A DNA stretch of 64,000 nucleotides from Candidatus Latescibacterota bacterium (GTDB lineage Bacteria > Latescibacterota > CBDEFO01): the NCBI GenBank assembly GCA_965248755.1, contig OZ252149.1:1824001-1888000 (forward strand). The letters run 5' to 3'. Below are positions 52,096 to 60,883 of this stretch, piece by piece. Under the pieces are notes generated by a model that ran no database searches, had not been told where the DNA came from, and saw only the letters and a program-made list of their open reading frames with translations. The stretch's first letter is position 1; each line of letters starts with the position of its first letter. The position numbers and the translations under genes are program-made.

Positions 52096-55000
52096 TCACA
52101 AATCCATCTCCTACCATCCGATACAAATAGACGCCGCTGGCAAGGCTCTCTCCGTTATCATCTTTCCCATCCCAGACTGCGGAGTGACTTCCCGCATCCA
52201 TCTCTCTGTCCACCAGTGTCGCTACCTTCTGTCCCATTATGTTATAGACAGATAGATCAACGTGGCTCCCATCAGGAAGTTCGTAGTAGATCACTGTCTG
52301 GGGGTTGAACGGATTGGGATAGTTTTGGGAAAGGGAATATCCTGAAGGTATAGAGATCTCTTCTGACTCGTCCACATCCGTGCTGATCTCTTCAATCTCC
52401 CGAGTCACCAACCTCATATCGTCAAGGTAGAATGTCTCCTCCACCGCCCCGGCGATTGGGATCGACACTATGCGGCCTTCCCGGTTCGCTGGAACCTCTG
52501 AGATCGGGATAGACACCAACTGCCAGGTGTCCGGCTGTGGCACAATCCCCAAGCCGCTCAACTGCTTGCCCGCAATAATAGGATTCTGCCCCGAAGCATC
52601 TCCCCCGTTGATGTAGAACTCCAGGTGGGTGTAGACGAAGAAGGGATCAATCCCTCCAGGATCGTCCAACAAATATTTTATTGCCCCTAGCAACGAGATG
52701 GCGTGTGAGGCGCTGCCACTATGGACGAATTTTGAGGACGTCAGATCAGAATCGACTCTGATGGCTCTGACGAGCTCAATCGTCCATCCAGGTTCGATCC
52801 CATCCCTGTAAATCCAGAGATCTTCTGAAGGAATGAGCTCGACCTTGCTCCTGGCAAAGACCCTGCCTGAAGCAGTGTCCTCAACAGTAATTTTTAGGGT
52901 GTTCTCTCTCGTAAGGACACTGGGTACCAAACTAACCGACGCAGTGAATATCCCATCGCCAAAGAACTCATCCCCTCCAGTTCCGTGATCGTCCATAGGG
53001 ATTTCAGCCCCACTGCCTATCGGGCTTAAATCCACAGTGACTTTGACCGGACCTCCACCGTCTCGTGAAGGGGAGACCTTTGCAGTGATGGTCATATCAG
53101 TTTCAATACCCGAGTGCACCTTAGGAGGGGTCACCGAAACATCACGGCTGCGGACAAGGTAGGACGGCCTTCTGAACCTGAGGATAAAAAGTCCATGATC
53201 TGTATCGCTTACGAAGACCAGACCCTTTGAGGGGAAGGAAGTAAAGGCTCCGTTTAATAACCCTCGGGAGTAGCTCTGGCTTCGGATGTAAAAGCCGACC
53301 TCTACAGGGTCCGTCGGATCAGAGACATCAACAACCCTGAAGCCGTCCTGATAGTACCCTATGTATACAAGGTCGCCTTCCACAAGGATATTGTGGATCG
53401 AGACCTCTTGATTCCCAACAACGATACGGTTGGAGCTTTTATAACTGCCGACTTCTCTGGGACTGGAAAGGTCCCTTATGTCTATAACCCGCAAAAAGCC
53501 GCCGGGCTGCTCATCGGTTATATAAACGAAATCCCCATTTGCGGAGGGTTCCCCACTGTGCGTAGAGGCGTCGGGATAGGTGTAAGCGCTGATCTCCCTT
53601 GGGTTTTCGGGATCTGCGACATCCAGGATCCTGAGTCCGGCCTCCATATAGGCTAAATAGGCTCTGTTTCCTGAGACAGAGACATCGTGGAGATGGTTGA
53701 ACCTAAAACCTCGCTCAGGGTATTCTGATATGGGCAATTCCCAGTGTGCTATCTCGAAGGGCTGCCACGGATCAGATATATCTACTATCCGGAGGCCTTC
53801 AAAATCGCTGACCAGATAGACGAGACTCCCATCTATAAACGAATTGTGGACGCCGAATGTAAGGTTGCTTGTATACTTGACCAGTTCCACAGGGTTTGAC
53901 GGATCGGAGACGTCCAGGATCTGGATCCCTCCCAGGTCAGCATCCAAAAAGTCAGGGAATGGAGGGACCTCATTGGATACAACGGCTAAGTTTCCTGAGA
54001 CCTTAACGTCCAATATACGGACCCTCTTAGAGATATTGGTCCACATGACCTCCCCAGCTTTGCCGAGAGCCAATCCGAACGGGCCTGTAACCAAACCGCC
54101 AGTAGCTAAGGTGGTCAGACTTCCAGTCTCCGGATCCAGTTTAAAGATCGCTCCTGTGGTGATTCCAAGCCCTTTAGGGTCAGCGTTGGAATCGGCAATG
54201 AGGATGGAACCGTCCTCAGCCACCGCAAGATTTACAGGAGTGCGGAAGGGCGGACCAGACGCTAAAATCCGAACCTCACCTGTATCTGGATCGATCCTGA
54301 GTATCTTTGGCTGGAGACCGAATGCTAAAGAACCAGGGTCTATGGCGATTACAGCACCACTTGAATCAAGGCCTATAGCGCCTAAAGAGATAAAGGAGTC
54401 CAGAGAATCCAGCTCAGCTTTAACTACGGTGATAAATTCTCCTGTGGCAGGGTCCAGCCTTATCAGCTTTCCCCCTTCGAACTCCCCTGTCACTGGATTA
54501 AAGTGAGCCAGATTCGAGATGAAGACATCTCCCAAGTGATCGATGGCAACCCCGTACGGAAAGGTAATGGAGGGATCCCTTAAGAGTGGTATTACAGTTC
54601 CAGTATCCGGGTCCACTTTAAAGACCCCACTTTTTTCCCCAGCAGAACTTGTAACTATAAGGGCACCAGTCTCATCAATGGCTATACTCAAAGGACGGAG
54701 CAGCAAGGAGTCCCCTTTAATTACGGTTTTTGCCTCCCCGGTCCCCATATTGATCCTTAAGATAGCCCCCTCTTCCCCTCTTGAGGACGTGCCGAAGTCT
54801 GCCACAAAGAGAGTGTCGAAGGCGGCCAGGGCTGCCCCGGCAGGGAATATGAAGGGTGCCCCTGTTGCACGGAGAACGGTTTCACCAGAAGTCTGATCCA
54901 AAGTGAAAACCCCTACTGTATAGTTTGGAAAAGTGCCAACCTCCTCGGGATTCGCAGGATCAGAAACATCAATTACTCGTAGCCCGTCAAAGAAGTTACC

Positions 55001-55288
55001 GAGGTAGACATAGTTCCCAGATACGTAAAGGTCTGTGAATATCTCATGAGAATCGGGTCTATAGCTCCCCACAAGCTCCGCGTTATTGCTGCTCACCTCC
55101 GCGACAACAGGCTTAAAGCGTTGGCTTTCAGCATAGTTTCGGTTTATCCTCTCATGATACCGAAAGTAGTTTTTCAGGATCTTCCACCTCTGGAATCTGT
55201 CTGTATCGGCAAAGCTGGTTGAAAATGCCAGCAGGAATATCAGAGGAACTGCCCAAAGAGAATTCAACTTCAATATTGAAGGTCTCAT
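52067..55288 (-). CDS. Secreted LVIVD-repeat/beta-propeller protein with CTD
   Basis: Signal peptide; [10 protein letters not shown] repeats; [12 protein letters not shown]. Confidence 0.88.
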   Translation of the reverse strand: MRPSILKLNSLWAVPLIFLLAFSTSFADTDRFQRWKILKNYFRYHERINRNYAESQRFKPVVAEVSSNNAELVGSYRPDSHEIFTDLYVSGNYVYLGNFFDGLRVIDVSDPANPEEVGTFPNYTVGVFTLDQTSGETVLRATGAPFIFPAGAALAAFDTLFVADFGTSSRGEEGAILRINMGTGEAKTVIKGDSLLLRPLSIAIDETGALIVTSSAGEKSGVFKVDPDTGTVIPLLRDPSITFPYGVAIDHLGDVFISNLAHFNPVTGEFEGGKLIRLDPATGEFITVVKAELDSLDSFISLGAIGLDSSGAVIAIDPGSLAFGLQPKILRIDPDTGEVRILASGPPFRTPVNLAVAEDGSILIADSNADPKGLGITTGAIFKLDPETGSLTTLATGGLVTGPFGLALGKAGEVMWTNISKRVRILDVKVSGNLAVVSNEVPPFPDFLDADLGGIQILDVSDPSNPVELVKYTSNLTFGVHNSFIDGSLVYLVSDFEGLRIVDISDPWQPFEIAHWELPISEYPERGFRFNHLHDVSVSGNRAYLAYMEAGLRILDVADPENPREISAYTYPDASTHSGEPSANGDFVYITDEQPGGFLRVIDIRDLSSPREVGSYKSSNRIVVGNQEVSIHNILVEGDLVYIGYYQDGFRVVDVSDPTDPVEVGFYIRSQSYSRGLLNGAFTSFPSKGLVFVSDTDHGLFILRFRRPSYLVRSRDVSVTPPKVHSGIETDMTITAKVSPSRDGGGPVKVTVDLSPIGSGAEIPMDDHGTGGDEFFGDGIFTASVSLVPSVLTRENTLKITVEDTASGRVFARSKVELIPSEDLWIYRDGIEPGWTIELVRAIRVDSDLTSSKFVHSGSASHAISLLGAIKYLLDDPGGIDPFFVYTHLEFYINGGDASGQNPIIAGKQLSGLGIVPQPDTWQLVSIPISEVPANREGRIVSIPIAGAVEETFYLDDMRLVTREIEEISTDVDESEEISIPSGYSLSQNYPNPFNPQTVIYYELPDGSHVDLSVYNIMGQKVATLVDREMDAGSHSAVWDGKDDNGESLASGVYLYRMVGDGFVKTRKLLLLR

Positions 55289-55498
55289 GTTTTTAAACAG
55301 CTTCTAATGCGTTGACCCTACGTAATTACTTGCCTTTCCGCTGATGATCCTGCTCAAAAGCCCAGTCTTCAGGGACATCTACAGTCCCTACCAAGCTGTC
55401 CAGGACTTCCCAGACACTCCACTATGACCTGTACGTCCGGCATCTGTAGTATCATAAATGTTTCTTACGTCATCCATTTCTCTTATAGAGAAAGTATC

Positions 55499-56923
55499 CT
55501 ACCGCAACAATAACAGCTTCCTCGTCTGAACAAATTCATCTGCTACCATCCGATAGAGATAAACTCCGCTGGCAAGGCTCTTTCCGTTATCATCCTTCCC
55601 ATCCCAGACTGCAGAGTGACCACTTGCTGATCTGTGGCCATCCACTAATGTCGCAACCTTCTGTCCCATTAGATTGAAGACAGATAGCTTAACGTGACTC
55701 TGGAGGGGAAGGTCATAATGGATCACTGTCCCAGGGTTAAACGGATTGGGATAGTTCTGCCACAGGGAGTAACTCTCAGGAACATCTGATGAGGGTTCTT
55801 CATACTCGGTTATATCAGTGGGGATATCCGAGAGATTCAAAAACACTGACACATTATCGCTCCAATAGTTAGCCACAGCCAGCTCATTATCTCCATCCCC
55901 ATTTAGATCTGCAATGAATACTGAACTGGGACCATTCCCAACACCATAGTCCGCCTTTGTTGCGAATGTCCCATCTCCCTTGTTCAGCAGCACCGATACA
56001 TTATCGCCTGCATTGTTAGCCACAGCCAGGTCATTATCCCCATCACCATCTAAATCCGCACTGAATACTGATATGGGATTATCCCCAACATCATAGTCCA
56101 CCTTAGGTACAAATGTTCCATCTCCATTATTCAACATCACTGATACATCATCACTTCCCCCATTAGCCACAGCTAGATCATTATCTCCATCTCCATCTAA
56201 ATCTGTACTGAATACTGAAGAAGGGCCATCCCCAGCAGCATAGTCGACCTTTGTTGCGAATGTCCCATCTCCCTTGTTCAGCAGCACCGATACATTATCG
56301 CTCCAATAGTTAGCCACAGCCAGGTCATTATCTCCATCCCCATTTAGATCTGCACTGAATACTGACCCGGGAGTATCCCCAGTTCTATAGTCCACCTTAG
56401 TTGCAAACGTCCCATCTCCGTTGTTCAGAAGCACCGATACATTATCGCTGAACCGATTAGCCACAACCAGGTCATTATCCCCATCACCATTTAGATCTGC
56501 AATGAATACTGACCCGGGACCATTCCCAACACCATAGTCGACCTTTGTTGCAAATGTCCCATCTCCCTTGTTCAGCAGCACCGATACATTATCGCTTAAC
56601 CGATTAGCCACAACCAGGTCATTGTCCCCATCACCATCTAAATGCGCACTGAATACTGATACGGGACCATCCCCAACACCATAGTCCACCTTAGTTGCGA
56701 ATGTCCCATCTCCCTTGTTCAGCAGCACCGATACATTATCACCGCCAGTATTAGCCACACCCAGGTCATTATCCCCATCACCATCTAAATCGGCACTGAA
56801 TACTGACCAAGGCCATTTCCCAGTGGCATAGTCAGCCTTGGGTCCGAAAAGATCCTGTGCATGGACAGTCGCATTCAAAGCGACTAACACCCAGAACGCT
56901 ATGAAAAAGTGTATCTTGAACAT
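55499..56923 (-). CDS. Secreted FG-GAP/VCBS repeat protein with CTD
   Basis: Signal peptide; seven FG-GAP repeats; intact CTD. Confidence 0.9.
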   Translation of the reverse strand: MFKIHFFIAFWVLVALNATVHAQDLFGPKADYATGKWPWSVFSADLDGDGDNDLGVANTGGDNVSVLLNKGDGTFATKVDYGVGDGPVSVFSAHLDGDGDNDLVVANRLSDNVSVLLNKGDGTFATKVDYGVGNGPGSVFIADLNGDGDNDLVVANRFSDNVSVLLNNGDGTFATKVDYRTGDTPGSVFSADLNGDGDNDLAVANYWSDNVSVLLNKGDGTFATKVDYAAGDGPSSVFSTDLDGDGDNDLAVANGGSDDVSVMLNNGDGTFVPKVDYDVGDNPISVFSADLDGDGDNDLAVANNAGDNVSVLLNKGDGTFATKADYGVGNGPSSVFIADLNGDGDNELAVANYWSDNVSVFLNLSDIPTDITEYEEPSSDVPESYSLWQNYPNPFNPGTVIHYDLPLQSHVKLSVFNLMGQKVATLVDGHRSASGHSAVWDGKDDNGKSLASGVYLYRMVADEFVQTRKLLLLR

Positions 56924-56958
56924 GGTTCAAATCTCGTTTCATTACTGGATACAGGGGT

Positions 56959-59900
56959 TCACCGCAACAATATCAGCTTCCTAGTCTGCACAAAGCCATC
57001 TGTCTCCATACGATACAGATAGACTCCGCTGGCAAGGCTCTTTCCATTATTATCTTTGCCATTCCAGACTGCAGAATGATCACTCGCCGATCTGTGGCCA
57101 TCCACTAATGTCGCAACCTTCTGTCCCATTAGATTGAAGACAGATAGCTTAACGTGACTCTGGAGGGGAAGGTCATAATGGATCACTGTCTCAGGGTTGA
57201 ACGGATTCGGATAGTTTTGATACAATGAATAGCTGTCAGGAACATCGGAAATGCTCTCAGATTGGGGAATGACCACACTGAAGAGACCTTCGTTCAATTG
57301 AGCAAAGACTATATCAACCCCGCTACTAGCCTCAATCCCCGAATCTATAGGCTCAAATATAATCTCTGCGATGCTACCACCGCGCCGAACCGATTCTACT
57401 CCGGCAAATGATAGCCTTAATCTGCCGTTTTGAGCATTATGGTCGAAAAGGTAATCAGAGGTCAGGTCGGATGTCGTGGCATATAAGTCTTTGAGCTTGG
57501 TAGGATCAAAGGACAGTTCAAGCTGACCTGACAGAACACCGTCCATTTCATCTATGAGAATAGGAACGGCAAAACGTCCATCAGACAAATCCTCTACATC
57601 ACCTATACTGATATTCCTTTCGGCAAGTACGATCTTAGAGATACCCCCATTCTGAACGGGAAATTCAGTTATTATCCCGATCGCAAATCTGAGTATGTAA
57701 GAAGCATCGAAGGAACTTATGGTGCCGTCGCCACTCACATCTGCTGTTATGGTGTCAGTGATTACATAGAGACGCACTGTGTGTTCAAGCACCAAGGCGG
57801 CATCAAACGCTGTCACCCTTCCATTGTTGCTGACATCTCCGAACAATCTTTCGAGAATTCTCACAGACCCGTCCGTGGTAGTTGCCGCTGGATCGCCCTC
57901 GTTGAAAAAGAATTCCTCAAAGACCACCGCCGTGGAATCACCGATAACTGCTGAATCGGAAACTACAAACGTAATAAGGGAAAGATTCCCTGACCCCGAT
58001 AACGCGTTGGCTCTCGTAGTCGCCATTGCTATCTTGACGGTGTCTACAGATGTTCCGACGCCCGTTGCAATCGTGTCAACCATTGTCCAGCCTTGGGTAA
58101 GTGTCCCTTCCGATGTCACATCTATTGTCTCTATTACATTTGAATCGTAGCTGATACTCATCTGAACTGAGATGATTCCAAGCCCTGTGGCGTCCTCTTT
58201 GATGACAACGGGAACTGAAATACCAGCTTTGTCAATAAAGACAGATGTGTCTGGGAAACTGACTGAGACTGTGTCTACAGGCACAACAGGAGGAGGAACG
58301 ATAAACTCAAATCCGTTAAAGAGTGTGTCCGCCAGAGTATCGGGATTCGTTACTATCACGTCCACAGTGCCAGCAGGATGAGCAGGAGTTGTAGCGGTAA
58401 TGGTACCCAGAAGCCCTACAGCCACATTTGAGGCTGTGCTATCGCCAAAAGTAACAGTAGCTCCGCTCTGGAAATTGCTACCTGCTATCCTCACAGGAGT
58501 ACCACCCGATTCTAGACCGGAGGATGGGGTGATACTAGTGATGTGTGGGGCGGGTGGCGACGCCACCCTAAACACCTTCCTCACGCGGTTGTTCCCGACA
58601 TCGGAGATGAATAAGTCGCCTGCATGGTTGATAGCGAGGTTGCGAGGTCCGCGAAGCGAAGCGCTAGTAGCAAGTCCGCTGTCGCCACTGAAGCCAGCTA
58701 TACCTGTCCCCACAATGGTGGTGATGATTCCCTGAGTGTCCACGTTCCGCACGCGATGGTTAAGTTCATCAGCGATATACAAGTTGCCCGCACCGTCCAG
58801 AACGAGGTCCGTAGGATTATTGATCCGAGCGGAGGTAGCGGGCCCGCCGTCCCCACCGAAGCCCGGCACGCCCGTCCCCACCACAGTGGTGATGATGCCC
58901 GTGATAGGATCCACCATTCTCACGCGGTGGTTCTCTCGGTCCGCGATGAACAAGTTTCCCGCGGGGTCAACAACCACGTCATTAGGGAAGCTGAGCCGAG
59001 CGGAGGTGGCAGGTCCACCGTCGCCGCTAAAGCCACCTGGATCCGCGAATCCGAAAGACCCACTTCCTGCGACGGTCGTAATAATGCCATGAGTATCTAC
59101 TTTCCGAATACGATGATTACGACTATCTGCGATGTAGAGGTTGCCCGCAGCGTCAACGGTGATGCCTCTATTCAAATCGATGGCAGCAGAGGTGGCCGGG
59201 CCGCCATCGCCGCTGAAGCCGGGCGAACCTACCCCAGCGAAGGTAGTGATGATTCCCTGCGGGTCCACTTTCCTTACTCGCTCTGCCTCGCGATCCGAGA
59301 TGAAGAGGTTTGCTGCAGCGTCGAGGGCAACATCAACAGGAAGTTCTAGTTGAGCAGCGGTGGCTGTGCCACCGTCCCCCCCGGAGCCTCTTGTGCTGCT
59401 CCCCGCGACAGTGCTGATGATCCCCAGAGTGTCCACCCTGCGCACGCTCCAGTTTTCACGGTCTGCGATGAACAGGTTGCCGGCGGAATCCACTTCGAGG
59501 CCAAAGGGATTCTGAAACTGTGCGCCAGTGGCGGGACCGCCGTCTCCAGTGAAGCCCGGCACGCCCGTCCCCGCGACGGTCACGATAATGCCTGTTCCCG
59601 GAACCTCGTACGCGAAGCCTGCACGTAGCGTTGTGCTCTGGCCGTCAGGATTGGTCACTATCACATCCACAGTGCCAGCAGGATGAGCGGGAGTCACAGC
59701 AGTAATAACGGTATCAGACACTACGACTACACCTGTAGCTGCGCTACCATCGAAATTAACAGTCGCTCCACTCTGAAAATTGCTGCCTACTATCGTCACA
59801 GGCGTACCGCCCAATTCCAGGCCGGAAGTGGGATCAATAGATATTACTTCTGGCTTACGTATTTGGTAAAGCTCCAGTATTTCTTCTTCGCTCAGAGCAC

Positions 59901-60558
59901 GTTCATAGATGCGGATGTCGTCAATGACACCATTGTAATATGGATCCCAAGGTACAGAAAGCGTATATCTTCCAATCTCTAATTCGGAAGAGTTAGTAGT
60001 TAACGCAGTGGTATCAGTTTCAACTCCATCTTGAATACCGTTAAGATAAAGAATCCTTGTTCCATTATTACTTACAAATGCGAAGTGATACCATTGACTT
60101 GGATTCAATTGAGTATCAGCAACAAAATTGGTGAAAAAACCCATAAATCCCAGTTTGTTTCTCCAGTCTATGCCAACCATGCTTAGACTATTATTATCAA
60201 AACCCCAAAAAACGAGAGGATGTAATAGATTATTAATTTCATTTGTATAAAACCACCCCGACATGGTCCTATCATCATTACCTGTTATCATAATACTGTC
60301 AATTGAGACTATATAATCATTTACACCGTCAAAACTATAAGCGCTATTTTCATTCCCAAATCGATCTGTAGTTAAAGTTGCTCCATTGACCGTTCCATGA
60401 TTGCCGTTTCCACTTTCATCATTAGCATTACCGTTAAAAGGATAGTAGGCAACAAGGCCAGAATCTAAATTTACTTGTGCAAAAAGATCCTGTGCATAGA
60501 CAGGCTCATTCAGAGCGACTAACACCCAGAACGCTATGAAAAAGTGTATCTTGAACAT
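56959..60558 (-). CDS. Secreted modular protein: LamG, IPT/TIG, NHL repeats, IPT/TIG, cohesin-like, dockerin, cohesin-like, CTD
   Basis: GLVAYYPFNGNAND; GGTPV.I.GSNF; GFSGDGGPAT repeats; GDVSNNGRVTAFDA...[23 protein letters not shown]. Confidence 0.88.
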   Translation of the reverse strand: MFKIHFFIAFWVLVALNEPVYAQDLFAQVNLDSGLVAYYPFNGNANDESGNGNHGTVNGATLTTDRFGNENSAYSFDGVNDYIVSIDSIMITGNDDRTMSGWFYTNEINNLLHPLVFWGFDNNSLSMVGIDWRNKLGFMGFFTNFVADTQLNPSQWYHFAFVSNNGTRILYLNGIQDGVETDTTALTTNSSELEIGRYTLSVPWDPYYNGVIDDIRIYERALSEEEILELYQIRKPEVISIDPTSGLELGGTPVTIVGSNFQSGATVNFDGSAATGVVVVSDTVITAVTPAHPAGTVDVIVTNPDGQSTTLRAGFAYEVPGTGIIVTVAGTGVPGFTGDGGPATGAQFQNPFGLEVDSAGNLFIADRENWSVRRVDTLGIISTVAGSSTRGSGGDGGTATAAQLELPVDVALDAAANLFISDREAERVRKVDPQGIITTFAGVGSPGFSGDGGPATSAAIDLNRGITVDAAGNLYIADSRNHRIRKVDTHGIITTVAGSGSFGFADPGGFSGDGGPATSARLSFPNDVVVDPAGNLFIADRENHRVRMVDPITGIITTVVGTGVPGFGGDGGPATSARINNPTDLVLDGAGNLYIADELNHRVRNVDTQGIITTIVGTGIAGFSGDSGLATSASLRGPRNLAINHAGDLFISDVGNNRVRKVFRVASPPAPHITSITPSSGLESGGTPVRIAGSNFQSGATVTFGDSTASNVAVGLLGTITATTPAHPAGTVDVIVTNPDTLADTLFNGFEFIVPPPVVPVDTVSVSFPDTSVFIDKAGISVPVVIKEDATGLGIISVQMSISYDSNVIETIDVTSEGTLTQGWTMVDTIATGVGTSVDTVKIAMATTRANALSGSGNLSLITFVVSDSAVIGDSTAVVFEEFFFNEGDPAATTTDGSVRILERLFGDVSNNGRVTAFDAALVLEHTVRLYVITDTITADVSGDGTISSFDASYILRFAIGIITEFPVQNGGISKIVLAERNISIGDVEDLSDGRFAVPILIDEMDGVLSGQLELSFDPTKLKDLYATTSDLTSDYLFDHNAQNGRLRLSFAGVESVRRGGSIAEIIFEPIDSGIEASSGVDIVFAQLNEGLFSVVIPQSESISDVPDSYSLYQNYPNPFNPETVIHYDLPLQSHVKLSVFNLMGQKVATLVDGHRSASDHSAVWNGKDNNGKSLASGVYLYRMETDGFVQTRKLILLR

Positions 60559-60593
60559 GGTTCAAATCTCCTTTCATTACTGGCTACAGGAAT

Positions 60594-60670
60594 CACCGCA
60601 TCAAGACCAATTTCCTCGTCTGCACAAAGCCATCTGTCTCCATACGATACAGATAGACTCCGCTGGCAAG
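60594..60670 (-). pseudogene. 3' relic of a CTD
   Basis: SLASGVYLYRMETDGFVQTRKLVLMR* with no upstream gene body. Confidence 0.7.
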
Positions 60671-60883
60671 CTATCCAAGGCGTCCCAGACACTCTCCGTT
60701 GCAGGACTGGTTCCCTCACGTTGGGTAGTCACGCCGAACGTAGTGCCTGTTGGGCTGAAGATCGGTGGACTCCTACGGATGAAGAACCTGCCCATCAAAA
60801 AGAACTCTCAATCTATCACTCAATTCAGATTTTCCTTTCGTCAATGCCATAGTACCTTCCCGCCGTTATTAACAGAAAGGGAC

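Noticed and set aside
45215..56923. Regularly spaced DNA repeats resembling a CRISPR array
   Set aside because: They are in-frame FG-GAP coding repeats with codon-position variation; no cas genes or unique spacers
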